DNA of 63,887 bases, counting the filler, from Neoconidiobolus thromboides FSU 785 (taxonomy: Eukaryota > Fungi > Entomophthoromycota): NCBI GenBank assembly GCA_025603075.1. It is 6 parts of 6 records of this genome, joined end to end, with 100 filler letters (N's around TTAATTAATTAA, not from the genome) between each part and the next. Parts side by side here need not be neighbours in the genome. Positions count along the whole stretch, not along the records: positions 38,730 to 51,391 come from MU626631.1; positions 51,492 to 62,659 come from MU626641.1; 4 more parts are not named here. One strand, written 5' to 3'. This document shows positions 48,119-61,560 of the stretch, piece after piece. Position numbers and translations under genes: made by a program. The notes beneath the pieces are model-generated. The model was given only the letters and a program-made list of their open reading frames with translations. It was not told the origin of the DNA and did not search any database. Position 1 is the stretch's first letter. Every line of letters begins with the position of its first letter.

Positions 48119-49063
48119 ATGAAATCATTCTTTAGCCTCGTAGTATCAGCTTTACTTTTGACTCAATTAAACGCCCAAGAAGAAGACTACTTCAAGGTGT
48201 TTGAAGAGAACTTAGAGCTTATGACCCACCATGTTGAACCACCAAAGAATGGTACTACTAGATTCCGTGAGTCCTCTTATATTGTCCCAGGAAACGTAGC
48301 TAATGGAAAGGCTTATGCTAGATTTGCTGGTGCAGCTTATTGTTCTAATAATAGCATCGCTTCTTGGGTATGTACCCACTGCAACTATGTTAATGATAAA
48401 TTAGAAAAAATCCAAATATTTGGAGATGGACCAACTCAAACTAAAGGCTTTATAGTTACCAACCATAGTCGTAAAGAAATCATCATTTCTTTCCGTGGTA
48501 GTGCTAATCTACAAAATTGGTTAATTAATGCTCAAATTGGGAAGGTGCCAATGAATTTTGGTGGTAATTCTTATAGCGTTCACCGTGGTTTCAAAACAGT
48601 AACCGACAATTTGTTTCCAACGATTACATCCTACTTAACCCCACTTATGGTTTCCTATCCTCAATATAAAATTGTTGTTACTGGGCATAGTCTAGGTGCT
48701 GCTATTGCTTCTTTAATGGCCTTAAGAATTAAATACAAGCTTAGTGTTCCTGACAATAAGTTGAACCTTTATACTTATGGTGGACCAAGAATTGGAGATC
48801 CTGATTTCGCTAGATTTGTCAATCGACATGGTTTCACCATTGGTAGATTTGTTAATGAAAATGACGTTGTACCTCACCTTCCACCTGAAATCAGTGACTA
48901 TAATCATCATCAACGCGAACTTTGGGTAAATGGATACAACACTAAGCTTTGTAGCGCTAATTACTTAGAAGATGAAGACTGTTCTTACCAAGAATGGTAT
49001 CGCCCTAGTGTCCAAGCTCATCGTAGAATGTGGGATATTTCTCTTGGTAATGGAGCTTGTTAA
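48119..49063 (+). CDS. Secreted class-3 lipase (triacylglycerol lipase-like)
   Basis: Signal peptide MKSFFSLVVSALLLTQLNA, IIISFRGS, VHRGF, VTGHSLGAA, TYGGPRIG, NENDVVPHLPP and QAHR. The ORF-track start at 48038 is probably too early. Confidence 0.92.
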   Translation: MKSFFSLVVSALLLTQLNAQEEDYFKVFEENLELMTHHVEPPKNGTTRFRESSYIVPGNVANGKAYARFAGAAYCSNNSIASWVCTHCNYVNDKLEKIQIFGDGPTQTKGFIVTNHSRKEIIISFRGSANLQNWLINAQIGKVPMNFGGNSYSVHRGFKTVTDNLFPTITSYLTPLMVSYPQYKIVVTGHSLGAAIASLMALRIKYKLSVPDNKLNLYTYGGPRIGDPDFARFVNRHGFTIGRFVNENDVVPHLPPEISDYNHHQRELWVNGYNTKLCSANYLEDEDCSYQEWYRPSVQAHRRMWDISLGNGAC

Positions 49064-49629
49064 AATTAATAAATGGTTAATTTTTGCTTATAATAATGAT
49101 ATTTCAATGTCTTTAATTGTATTTTAAAAAATATCAAAGCAAAGTTTTATAAAATAGTAAAAAAAGTATATCTATAACTTAACAATATTAGTTTTATCTA
49201 AAAATTTTGGTCTATTCAATCTTTTAATTTCTTAATATTATGAAACAATTTAGGCTAGTAATTATTTTTAAAGAATACAGCATTCTAATATCTTAAATTG
49301 AAACAAAAAGTTAAACTTAACAACCATCACTACTTATTTTTTATTTTTTATTTTTTATTAATAAGGCTATTGAACTTGGCAATATCATCTATAAAAATAG
49401 CACTAGTAATCACTTTAAACTAATAAATAAAGCTATCTTTTATAGTAATTACTATTTTTTGTAAAATTACTTTTCTATATTTTTTAGAATTTTTGCAATA
49501 CAAACTTTATTAATATTATTCTATTTCATATTATTTAGTGTTAATCTAAATAAAAATGAATCTATACTTTCTTAGTAAATTTAATCTATATTTGATACAT
49601 AATTCAAGTTAGTTATCTTTTTAGCATAT

Positions 49630-49727
49630 GGTGATGTTTTTTGTGCTTAAGAATTTTACTAACAATTTTTCCACTCAAATAGTGTTTAAAAGATGGAAAA
49701 AGTAATGAAGCTAAAAAAAACATCCCC
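49630..49727 (-). mobile_element. MITE family 1 copy
   Basis: TSD ATAT/ATAT. Confidence 0.93.
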
Positions 49728-51241
49728 ATATAATGTTTTTTGTAACCAATATATTTCATTTAATTTATTTACATTTATAAAGCTCAAATAGATAACTTTA
49801 CAAAAATTGCAAAAAACGTAAAATATTAGTTTCTTTCTTTAAACTTCAGTTACAATCAAGATTGTTATTTTATTGTTACTTTCTAGAATACCTTGATAAT
49901 AAATTTCAATGATTTAAAGGAAAAAGAATAAAGTACAATGGTAATACTTTAAAACGGCAATTCGACGTTTTTACTACTTTTAGTATGTACGAACATTTTA
50001 AAACATGTTAATAAATGAGGTGTTTTAAAATAACTCATAATTTCGACTAAGCATAAGGGCAATGTTAAATGTAAAATACATTTATGTGAAGTTACTTTTC
50101 AAAAGATGATATTAAAAATTATAAGTTATATAAGTTAAAGATAATATATAACTATAGAACATGAGTGATAAATAAATACAATTTACTATTGAGCCTTACA
50201 ATATAAAATCAAAGTTGACCAATTTATCAAAGTTTTATTTAGAGAATATGTGAAATATACTTATAAGTTAAAGCGAAAAGTATATATGAAATGATAATAA
50301 TAAAGTATTTTTGATATTCTTGCTGTAAATTAGGGAATTTAGCTCTTTTTTATCTTTCATTTTTAAGGCGATTATTGAAAAAATATGCATTCGGCTAGAA
50401 CTCAATCTTAACAATGTAATAGATTTATTCATTCCATATAAATGTTTTCCTACCTTACAAAAAATCTGCTATTACCACCACTTTGGATAACTATTAAATA
50501 TTGCTATTGAAAAACATTCATTAAAGTATATTGCTTTTTTTACACAACCATAAAACAGTCAAAATCAGTAAATATAACAATATGAACAAATCGGTTTAAA
50601 AATGATTTCGTATAATCCGAAGCTAAGTATTAAATTATTGAATTTAATCAGATATAGCCCTTTATTATGCTCATACTATTGGGAATCTTTTTTAAATTTC
50701 GATTTACTCAGTAGTCATAATCGATATAATAGAGCTAATAATTTAGAATAGCTATTTGAGTAATAAAAGCTATCAGATAAAAGAGTTGCAAAGCTTATTA
50801 ATTTACTATAACAAGAAAATACAAACAATTATTTATAACTCAACAAATAGTGTTATTTTAAAATTATTCTTAAATTTGACACCTTGTCAAATAAAATAAC
50901 TCCTATGTAAACAATTGTTATTTATAAATAATTTTAATCAATTAAATTAAAAATCCCTGAATAATTTAATTAGTGGAAAAACCTTAATTTTTTTTTTTTG
51001 GGAAATTGGTTTGACGTATTAAAAAATAGACTAAAGATTAATTAACAGGAATATTAAAATATTAAAGAAAGCCGATATTCTAATAATATGTTAAAAATAA
51101 AAACGAACATTCTATAATAAATATTCTATTACCAAAACAAATATCTGGATATACTATATACAATGTTAAATAAGACTATTGCTATATGAAAAAGTATAAA
51201 TAGACAGAAATTTGACGACATTTATAAAACAATAAATTAGA

Positions 51242-51391
51242 ATGAAATACATTATCTCCTCATTAATTTTAACTTCTTCAATATTAGCTGCAACTCTAAA
51301 TTTCGATTGGGAAATTAAGGAAGGTAGAATCGCTCCTGATAACTTTGCTATTGATGGTATCCTCATCAATGGAAAATTTCCTGGTCCTACT
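51242..51391 (+). CDS. Multicopper oxidase N-terminus, truncated by the gap
   Basis: Signal peptide then FDWEIKEGRIAPDNF..LINGKFPGPT, the typical MCO domain-1 start. Confidence 0.8.
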
Positions 51392-51491
51392 NNNNNNNNN
51401 NNNNNNNNNNNNNNNNNNNNNNNNNNNNNNNNNNNTTAATTAATTAANNNNNNNNNNNNNNNNNNNNNNNNNNNNNNNNNNNNNNNNNNNN
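51392..51491. other. Artificial contig spacer
   Basis: 44 N + TTAATTAATTAA + 44 N. Confidence 0.97.
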
Positions 51492-51600
51492 TACTTTTGT
51501 TTTAATAAAAGATGTGATTTTATAGAATTTTAAGCGAAGTTTTTAAAATACAAATTTTTTTAAAATTGGATAAAATAATGAAACTAATTCAGACAACCCC
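51492..51600 (-). mobile_element. Family 3 GGGG-terminated element end, cut by the gap
   Basis: Reverse complement matches 62134-62240; ends CTAATTCAGACAACCCC followed by ATAT. Confidence 0.8.
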
Positions 51601-51682
51601 ATATAGTTAAAAAAAACTAAAGTCCTTTTTGAATTGAACTTTTTATTTTTAACTTCAAGCTTTCTTAAATTTGATCAATCAT

Positions 51683-51777
51683 GTAGATGTATTTTTGTGT
51701 CTAACAATTTTATTAGCAATTTTTCCACTAAATACCGCTTAAAAAATGGAAAAGTAATAAAATCAAAAAACATCCCC
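51683..51777 (-). mobile_element. MITE family 1 copy
   Basis: Core plus CATCCCC. Confidence 0.88.
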
Positions 51778-52378
51778 ATGTTGAAAACTTATTTTATACA
51801 TACTAAGGTTAGCTTGTCCAAATATGTTTATTTTTTGTATAATAAGCTTTATTTTATAATTTAGTTTTGGACATTTTATTTATTTTCTCAAGTCCATTGG
51901 ACTTTTACCATTAGGGGAATAATCTTTTTTGAGGTTTCACATAAACCTTCTACAGCATACCTATCCTATATATTTTTCATATTCGTCTGAGTTGTAACTT
52001 TTATTAGCATTGATATGCCTAAATAAATGGAGCTTGTGAATAGTTGTGAAAAATTAGTTAAAATTATATTATAAATGTTTTAAGCTAGATAAAGTAGTCC
52101 CATGTATATAAAGAATCTTTATCAATATAAAAAAATATCAGAAAGTAGTGGTGCTATTTTAGTGCATATAAAATTTTATTAAAGGACCCCCCTGGAGTTA
52201 ATTATGAATTGATTCCAAAATCAAATATGGGGATCTCTTCTATTTTGAAATAAGCTAACTATTTAATGCAATTACAATTTTAAAACATCCAATTTGTTTC
52301 AAAATGCAACTAAATTTTGAAATTGAGCTTAAATTTAAACAATTGTTTCTTTCAATTTGAAGTTCAATTAAGATGTTT

Positions 52379-52475
52379 GGGAGTGTTTTTTTGACTTCGT
52401 TATTTTTTCCATTTTTAAGCGCTATTTAAGCGGAAAAATTGTTAGTAAAATTCATAAACACAAAAATACATCCCC
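52379..52475 (+). mobile_element. MITE family 1 copy (GGGAGTG subfamily)
   Basis: Flanks GTTT/ATTT. Confidence 0.92.
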
Positions 52476-54063
52476 ATTTATCAAATCTATATTTTATTAA
52501 CTTAATACAACAACAGAGCATAATATCGAAAACCAATAAAGCGTTTTGAGCTAAAGGTTTTAAAATATAAGGTTATAGGAAATGAGCGTTTTTGTTTGAA
52601 TGGATGTTAGCAGTTCAAACTAGGCTATATCAATACTAATAAAGCTCAAAAAATTGGTATAAAAAATAAACAAGAAAGTGTGATATTATATAGAGACTTA
52701 TTTTATAATTATTATTTTAAATTACAAAAACTTTATAGCTCATTGACTCACTTTAGTCTAAACGTCATAGTGGAAAAAGCTGACAATATACTTGAATAAT
52801 TTAAAAAGGTCAAAGGAATTTAAATTCAACTTGGTAAGGTGGTCTTTTTTAGATGGAGTGAATACGAATACTGACATGATAAAAAAAGGGTAGGAAAAGA
52901 TGAACCCGGGATCCCCTTGAATTTACTTTCAAAAATAATAAAGTTTATTTACTCTGAGTTTTATAAAATTAATTACTTTTATATTCAGTTGCAGATGTTA
53001 CAAAAATGGAATTAAATAAAGGACAAAGTAATTTATTAATGATAAAGGAAAGATACTTGGTTTTTGTATTATCTTTAATCTTAAGAGGGTTATTGAAAAC
53101 TATAAAAAGTTACCATTTTGTATTTGGAATGATAGTTAAGCTATAAAAAGATCATTGGGGGTAGTATGACTATGTAGTAAACCCATTTTCAAGAATCTGT
53201 TTATTAAAGTAGAGTGATTCGAAAAATGTGATAACTTGAAAAGTAAAACTAAACCTTAACGACTTTCCTAAAGTTGCTTTTGTTTTGAATGAATGTTTTG
53301 TACAACTCGCGCTAGAGATTGAGATTACTGGACTGATTACTTTAAAGTACCAAGGTTTTTTAGAAAGAAACACAGTATGTGCCGTGTAAGTGCGTGAATA
53401 TAGCCAGCCTCCATTCTGGCAGGAAAGTATATGATAAGTTCTTATAATATATACGTAAGGGAAAAGGATTTTCATACTTTTTCAAAATAAACTAATATAC
53501 ATTAATCTTTTTAGAGAAAAAAAAAGACCATTTATGTTTATATAGTAATAATAAAAAATAGCTCTACAAAAAATTGTTTTTACTTGTCAGGTTTTATCAA
53601 TACTTTTTCTAACTCAAATTAATTATCCCCGATAGCTTTGTTAATTGAAAATACTAATGGTGTTATCAAATAAATGAAGTTTTCAAAACAGCTTATGAAC
53701 TCCAAAAGTGAGTTTAGAATCCTATATTTGTTTAATTTAAACATAATATTTTTTGATTTATCCATGCATTTGATAATAGGGGGTGCTATTCGATTGAAAG
53801 ATCAATACTTCGAGTGAAAGAAAAGTGACCGAATTGGCTTCATTCTTTTATTCATTTTAAAGAGTTTTATACTCTTTAAAACTTTGCTTTAGAATCTTAT
53901 AAATTTTTATCAAAAACCAAAAGTATGTAAATACAATACAGTTTTAACTATTTTACTATGATCTATATCAAATTTAATGGAAATTCCCAAATTAGCAAAC
54001 TTTTACTAGTACGACCTAAATAGTCAATACTAATCAAAGTTACAGTATATAAACATATAAAAT

Positions 54064-54216
54064 TTTATATCATTAATATCTTGTCAAGTTAAGTTAATAA
54101 ATAGCTGGACTGGATAAGGGGAAAGTAATTAGTTAAAACTATAACAATTTTTATATAATACAGCCAATATAATTAGTAGTTTTTGCATATTATTATAATT
54201 CTCGTCTTTGACTATT
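54064..54216 (+). repeat. Dispersed repeat X, copy 1 (matches 61986-62126)
   Basis: AATAAATAGCTGG..ATAAGGGGAAAGTAATTAG..CAGCCAATATAATTAGTAGTTTTTGCATATTATTATAATTCTCGT is shared. Confidence 0.85.
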
Positions 54217-54614
54217 TGTTAGCTTATCTATTATTAACTTGAGTAATATTAACAATTCATGATCGATTTCCATCTTGTTTTAGTATACTTAGAAATTATA
54301 TCTGCTTTTTTTACTATTAATAGTAACAATTAAGTTAATAATTTTATTATGCTCATGAACAAAAATCTTAAGTTTTGAAGTTGATTGACATATATTTCAA
54401 TACTTTATGGGTGGTCAGTAAAAAAGCTAAATTTAAATTTAAGCTATTATTTTATTTTTAAACAATTTTTTTTAACTATATACTGGTACACACCGCTGTA
54501 CTATGTAAATATATTTTTTTGCTATCTTTTTAAAATTACTTTGTATATGTTTAGAAAATATTAACTTAGCTATTTTATCTTTTAAGTCATTAAAATATTT
54601 GTTATATATAATAT

Positions 54615-54680
54615 AAAAGTGCTTTTTTAATTTCATCACTTTTTCATTTTTAAGCATTATTTAGACAGAAAAATTGTTAA
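54615..54680 (+). mobile_element. MITE family 1, degenerate partial copy
   Basis: TTTCATCACTTTTTCATTTTTAAGCATTATTTAGACAGAAAAATTGTTA. Confidence 0.6.
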
Positions 54681-57600
54681 ATAAGATATTGTTAATAATT
54701 CCAATTTTTGCTCGTTTTTAATTTTTTTGATTTTTGACAAATTATAATATTTCGTTTTATTATTATCGATTATTTTTAAATAGTTATATCAATTTTTACT
54801 TATATCAAATCCAAAACTTTTATATTTATCAAAAAACATTAAAGCTATAGCTTTAATCATTAAGCAATGTATGAAGTCAGTACTTTTAAGGAAAACAAGA
54901 AACAAAAACTAAGTATTATTATCAAGTTTATTATTATCGATAGTAAATTTCAATGTTACATGTTACATATTTTTTTATTTTTGTTTCAATTTTAGAGTAA
55001 AACAAAATAATTGTGTATATAATATATTTACTAAACATTTAATAAAAATGATATAAATCATATGAAGTAAAAAAAATCAGATCCAAAAAAAATAAAATAG
55101 TTGATAAGTTTTTGAGTTGAATATAAGATACAATTTTAAGCTTTTCAAATTCAACCAAGCCATATGTTAAGGTTTAGGGGGAGCTTACAAATTTAGAAAC
55201 TTAAAATTTGAACTATTTTTAAATGAATTCTGAAACTAATCTAGACACATCCTCCAAACGTTATTTTGGTTTGACAAAACTACTATTAGATTTTCTAGAT
55301 TGCTTTTTTATTGCTATAAACTTTACCAATTAAATTTATAATTTGAATCTACTTTATTTTTAAAAATAATTGAGGAACTGAAATATAAAGGAATAGTAGT
55401 TTCAAAGACAGTATAGTTATTTTTAGAGTATCAACTGTTCCAATTAATTGGCAATTAAGTGGCAAAGTTTATAAGCTTGATTTAAAATTTTAGCTGCATT
55501 TTGAAACAAATCAAATGGTTTAAACTTGTGATTGTATTGTTCAATAACGATTAGTTTATTTTAAAGCCAATCTTGATTTCATTTCTCTCCTAATTATATG
55601 ATACAGTTTTTAAGGATTTTGCGATAATCAGAGTTTTTGGCGAAAATAATTTAAGCTTGACTTATAAATTTGTTGCTTTTTATTATTATCTTCAGTTAAT
55701 TTAGGATAAAAATAGTCAGGACTATATTAGCTATATTATTCTAGTATATTATTAAAGGGGTTCAATCGTTAAATTTATAGATCATTGATATTTTTATCGT
55801 GTTCTGAATCTTACACATTTTTATAATGATAAATTTGAAATTAAAATACTGTTTTTTATTTAAAGCAGTATATGAAAGTTATTTTTATGACTCATAAAAC
55901 CTAGAAAACCACCTCTTACTTTACTTTATTTCTGCTTTATCAAATTTTTGATAAAATGTATCCTATCCATTCATTTACTTTTATCTCTTTTTCTAGTCTC
56001 TCTAAACTTTTTAATATCAGAAAAGTTATGTTATCTCTATTCCCTTGTCTATGTATAGTTTGATTGCTTAATATAACAACTAACCCCTCCTTGTTTTACT
56101 TTAATACTATATTACTATAAAAAAGCTTTTAGGATTTTATTCTTCAAACCTCAACTCCATGCTAAAGAAGTGCTTTGAGGAGAATATTAAGCTATATAAA
56201 AAGATCATCATATACTGCTATCTATAAGTATTTCGATTGTGATTTTTGAGTTTTAGCTTTTAATAACTCTGTTTTGTTTGAATAGTTATCACATTCATTC
56301 CTCTTTTAGTGCTTTTTTTATTCTCACTTTACACCAAAACCCGCCCACAGGGAGTTATTTTATTTAGCCTGAATTTTATCTCCTGTTTTTAAGCATTACT
56401 ACCAATAATAAATTGTGAGTGGGGGGGACTGCTCTTTTGGATCTTTCTCAAGATTTAGAAAAAATAATTGATCTTAGTTTTTAACCAGTGAAAATCAACA
56501 AAAGATCGTTATGATACTAACTAAGTTTAAATGAAAAAAAGAAATAATATTTTGAAAAAAGTATATTCGTAACTCTCATGCTTATCATTAAACTACCAGA
56601 CAAAACTCAGTTTGATTCAACTCTCAATTATTAATGAAAGGGCCCAACATTTTGCAAACTTAATTTTTTAAATTTATTTTTGGGTTATTCTAATCATCAT
56701 AAAAACTCTAATAATTTACTATATAATAAAGATGGTATATATTATAGTTAATTCCTTATTTTCTAATTTTGTTTATATCATAAAGCAGGTTATTTTCATG
56801 TAGTCAATTATCTGTTTCTACTTTATTTAGCTTGAAACATTATACTGTAATTTTTATTTTTTCTGCCAATAACTCCTTATAATTGGGTTATAAGCCTAAA
56901 ATCTATGTGTCAAACCGATATTTATAAATTGATTTACTTGTGATAATTGCTTTTTTTTCAAATATAATTTTATGCACAATTATTAACTAAATTTCACAGT
57001 TTTGTTTTGTAATAATTATTTATTGTTTTAATACATGATAAAATAGTAGCTATTTTAATATCTAACACCAATGATTTTATTTAAAGTAAGAACTATTTAA
57101 AAGCTGTATTTTAATCTTGCTTAAAATTGTCTTTACTTGATAATTGATTTTTTCAATAGCAAAAATTCGTGATACAAATACTTTCTCAAAGGTTCCATCA
57201 TTCATCATTGGTCATCGCTTTAACTATTATAATTAATATAATTAAGGTATTTTGTACTTAATAAAGTAGTTTATGTTAGTTTATTGTACAATAAATTTGG
57301 TTAATGAATGCTATATTTTGAGCATTTTTTACTTTAAAATGTTTCAAATTTGGTAAAATGACCTATTTATTTGTATACTAGAACTTTTTGAATATCTGTT
57401 TAAAGATCAGAGAGGATTCTATGATTTTACTATATCAATAGAATGTAAAATTCATCACTTTATACAACTATGTGTTTTTGATTTTAATATTTAATTATTA
57501 TACATAAAATAACATAAACTAAACTGTGAAAGGACTAGAATTATCATTAACTATTTAGATCAATTATGATTTTTATTCCCAATTAACAATCTGAGGTTTT

Positions 57601-58129
57601 TATAATCTAGGGGGGGTTTATTGGAATTGTATGTTTAAAGTTTTTTCAAACAGAATAAAATATCAAATCCTATCCAAATATTATGTGATAATACATTCCC
57701 CTACTGGCTGAGATGCACGATTTTTTTATTATAATTTAAGTAAATTAAATATAGTTTAATTTATTTCCTGTATCTTAAGTTATGTTATTATAAAGCACTG
57801 GAATCACACATATGGTAAGTATTTTTTAAATGAAGAGTGAAGTGAAGTGAGGAACTATGAAATCAATTTACAACGAAAGGAGTTAAAATCAATAAACCTT
57901 AGTAAATCTCAAATTAATAAAATATTTAAATATCTAAACCAACCCCAAGCCCGATTAATTGACTATTTGATTGGTTTTTGATTTTTTCATTAGTTAAAAT
58001 TTTCGTAAAACAGCATTTGAATCAAGTTCCAAGTTTTTTAGATAGCTGTAATGACAAACTCCTAGCTATGTGCTAAAAAGCTAATCCAGTAATTTGACAA
58101 TATATATCTAGGGAGTCTCTACTCATCTA

Positions 58130-58300
58130 AAGCTTAATAAGTGGGATGGTCCCGAAGGTTTCAAATACACAGAAGCTTGTCCAATAAGTGAATAATGGAT
58201 TAATGAATACATGACCAAAATCATCCGTAGATTATTGAACCTCCTGCCTGCTGTACATTTCTAAAATCCTTTAGTTTAAAATTAACTGACAAACTGGAAT
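58130..58300 (-). mobile_element. Possible Tc1/mariner (IS630-like) transposase remnant
   Basis: VQQAGGSIIYG*FWS resembles the Tc1 TVQ.GGGSIMVWGCFW motif. Confidence 0.35.
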
Positions 58301-59351
58301 GTTTTTTGTAATTTTCCTGCTCAGGTTTGATTTTTTTTCCAATTTATTGTTTATTACTTTTAACTTTTAATGGTTTTTTAGCAAATTGATTAGTTTTTAT
58401 TCTATTTTATAAGGGTTTGGTTAAAAAAATCCATTGTTTAAAGAGACAAACGTTTGAGTTAGTAAACAGTAACCGGTAGTACACCACGCATTGATAATCA
58501 CGTTTTTCATTAATAGGGGCACTATTCCGCAAAATCGAATCCTTCTTTAGGTTGGTAGTAAAACCATAAAAATACACTATAAAGTACAATAAAATTTAGT
58601 TCTCTAATTATCATCCAAAAACCTTTTGTAATCAATATTATAAATATCTAGAGTTATTGATCATAAACATATAAATAGTATTTAAACAAAAAAACAAAGT
58701 CATTATTCGGGTTAATTTTTCGACCGTTATTAAAAGCTTTAAATTGGTATTTATTTTTTAAAAAAAATAAAAATTTTGCTGATATAACTCTGAAGGTTTT
58801 AAAAAAACTCTAGCTAAAATAGTTAAGCTTTTTAAAATTGATTATAGAATAGTTTGGATAGTCAAGCGAAATTCAGCTGAATTTTGAATTTAAATTGAAA
58901 AAAATTAGTTTTCAAGATAGTATTTAATTTTATTATAAATTTTTCAAAACTACCCCCCCTAGACTAATATTTAAGGGTTACTATTACCCTCAATCTTCTT
59001 TCATCTGAAGCCATACTGGTTGAAGACTAATTAGAGCACATTCATTAAAACAAAATTGACCCATTTAAGTCCAGTTTGGAATAGTACTTATTACTTGTTA
59101 ACAACAATTTTAATAGAGAACAAACAAACTATAAACCATTGATAGGATTATTCTCAACACTAAATGATTTACCAATGGTTTGTTATTTGTAAATTAGATG
59201 ATTATTGACAAAAATGCCTAATATTTAATGCCATGTGCTTCTTTTTACTAACTTTTGAGAGTTTGTTATTTACACTCTCCTTGCTTGTTACACCTCTGAG
59301 AGATGTTGTTTTTAACATGGATTTTATTAGATTTTTAAAAAGTGAACGTTT

Positions 59352-59430
59352 GTTTTCATATTTTTTAAGCGCTATTTGAGTGGAATAGATTGCTGGTAAA
59401 ATTCTTGAAAAAAGTACACACACACCCCTC
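59352..59430 (+). mobile_element. MITE family 1, partial copy with a CA expansion near the right end
   Basis: TTTAAGCGCTATTTGAGTGGAA...ACACACACACCCCTC. Confidence 0.7.
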
Positions 59431-59806
59431 ATACACTATGCAACTTCTGTCTTTATTTTTCTATCTTTAATAACGAATTGGAGTTTAGAAATTATAGTTT
59501 TAAACTTTTTTGCACAATATAGAAAGCTTTTGAACGTTTGTTTTATGCCTTTTTTATTTATTATCCTAAGTATTAGTTTACACAAATTTTTTCAGGCTTA
59601 CTTCGCTCTGAATACTATTGCTTACCATTTTGTTTTGTAATTACTTTTAATTTTTATAGCTAAAAGTTACTATTTATAAAGAATTGAGTCAGTTAAATTT
59701 AAGTTTGATATAATTTAATAAAAACAATATAAAAAGTCAACTCCCTGTTTCTTCGTAAACTTAAAAAAACTCAAAACTATTATATATTTTAAAAAAATTA
59801 TATAAT

Positions 59807-59905
59807 AGGGGTGTATTTTTTTGGCTTTATCACTTTTTCCATCCTTTAATCGATTTAAGTAGAGCAATTTATTAGTAAAATTCTCAGACATAAAAATACA
59901 TCCCC
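59807..59905 (+). mobile_element. MITE family 1 copy
   Basis: Flanks TAAT/TAAC. Confidence 0.85.
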
Positions 59906-60372
59906 TAACTTTATTTATTATCCAAATCAAAAACAGCCGATCAAGTAAAGTTAATTTGAAACTTTCCAATCAATCTTATATATTTGTGTATTTATTATAT
60001 TGTTTAGAAAGTTTTTCAAAATGTTTGAATTAGTAGTTCTTGTAAATTATAAAGCCAAGCAAGGGAGATTTTTTGGAAACCTTTTTTAAGCTTTACGTAT
60101 ATTTAATAAAAGTTATGAGATGTATTGTCAATATAAAGTTTTAATATAACACATTTAAATAGAAAAAACATTTATATTCAGCTGAAATAGTATTTATCTA
60201 TATTGCTAAAATAATATTTAATAAAGTTAAAACTTATTTTGACATTTTTATATTAACAACTATATACATTAATGTTAGCAATAGTTTTTTAATATAAGTT
60301 GTAAGCAAAAAAATATATCATTTCCTCTCTACATGTTTTAAAGCAACATTTGTTCAAACTAAAAATCTATAT

Positions 60373-60474
60373 GAAGATGATTTTCTTGGTTTCATTATTT
60401 TTTCCATCTTTTAAGCACCATTTGGGTGGAAAGATTGTTAGTAAAATTCTTAAACATAAAAATACATCATCTCT
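60373..60474 (+). mobile_element. MITE family 1 copy
   Basis: TSD ATAT/ATAT; termini mutated. Confidence 0.85.
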
Positions 60475-60567
60475 ATATGATAAATTAAAATATCGATATC
60501 ATAAAAAGCAAAACTAAAAATTGACTTTATTTTTTTATTGATATTTTAAAGATAATTATAAACAAAT

Positions 60568-60666
60568 GGGGATGTGTTTTTTGTTTAAGAATTTTATTAA
60601 CAACCTTTCCCACTTCAAATAGTGCTCAAAAAATGGAAAAAAGTGAAAAATCAAAAAAACACCACC
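60568..60666 (-). mobile_element. MITE family 1 copy
   Basis: TSD AAAT/AAAT. Confidence 0.9.
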
Positions 60667-60909
60667 AAATGTTAAAAATTTATATATGAATTTTAGAAAA
60701 TAGTAAAGTATAATATAATCTCAAGCTATATTTTTTTAGCTCTTTTTTATATTACCAAAAAAGTTAAAATAATTAAAATTAGTCACCCTGTATTTTGGGT
60801 AATTTTTATTATTACAAAATTGAATTTTTTATTGATCATAGTTCAAATGGCATATCTATTATCCTATAGTGAAAGTTTTGTTTTTGATATAAAATATTTT
60901 TTAAGCTAT

Positions 60910-61006
60910 GAAAGGATGTATTTTTGTGTTTAAGAATTTTACTAATTTTCCCATTCAAGTAGTGCTTAAAAGATGGAAAAAGTGATGAAACCAAAAAATA
61001 TTCCTC
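60910..61006 (-). mobile_element. MITE family 1 copy
   Basis: Core intact; left terminus degenerate. Confidence 0.85.
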
Positions 61007-61269
61007 ATATGTAAGCTTTTAATTTAATATAGTCAACTGAAAGCTTATTTTTTTCGAACCTTTTACTTTTACATTTATTTATTTATTTTGCCAATATTTT
61101 ATCAGCTAGATAGTAATTAATTGACAATAATAAATAACCAAAAAACAACAAAATGTTATAAACACTAATAAAAAATAAAGTAGATTTTTAAAGTAGCATC
61201 AATTTAATCAAATAAATTATCATTATTTTACGATTATATTCAAAAAGTTTTTGAAAGCTAATATAAAAT

Positions 61270-61368
61270 GGGGATGATTTTTTTGATTTCATTACTTTTT
61301 CCACCTTTTAAGCGCTATTTGAGCGGAAAATTTGTTAGTAAAATTCTTAAACACAAAAATACATCCCC
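61270..61368 (+). mobile_element. MITE family 1 copy, near-consensus
   Basis: TSD AAAT/AAAT. Confidence 0.95.
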
Positions 61369-61487
61369 AAATACTATTAAACTTTAAATTTAAAAATAAA
61401 ATCTTGTTATTATTTTATGGTATTTTTTATTAGCTTTCAAGGGCTATAAACTTTAAAAAGTTTATTGCTTTATTTTTATCTTTAGTT

Positions 61488-61560
61488 AATTTTACTAACA
61501 ATCCTTCCACTCAATAGTGCTCAAAAACGGAAAAGTAATAAAATCAAAAAAGGCATCCTC
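61488..61560 (-). mobile_element. MITE family 1, partial copy
   Basis: TTTTACTAACAATCCTTCCACTCAATAGTGCTCAAAAACGGAAAAGTAAT..CATCCTC. Confidence 0.75.

Noticed and set aside
38730-51391. MCO C-terminal fragment and MCO N-terminus as one circularly permuted gene
   Set aside because: They lie at opposite ends of a contig next to artificial gaps; tandem or dispersed paralogues that broke the assembly are the simpler explanation.
53170-53475. 101-aa minus-strand ORF, or a Crypton-like remnant on the plus strand
   Set aside because: No recognisable motif in any frame; only slightly elevated GC.
16647-59969. Short ORFs overlapping MITE or AT-rich DNA (e.g. 16647, 17945, 23848, 23935, 31740, 43525, 51634, 54472, 59202, 59715)
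   Set aside because: Several owe their shared peptides (KRYLSGK, KNTSP, IALKK) to translated MITE sequence; the rest have no family motifs.
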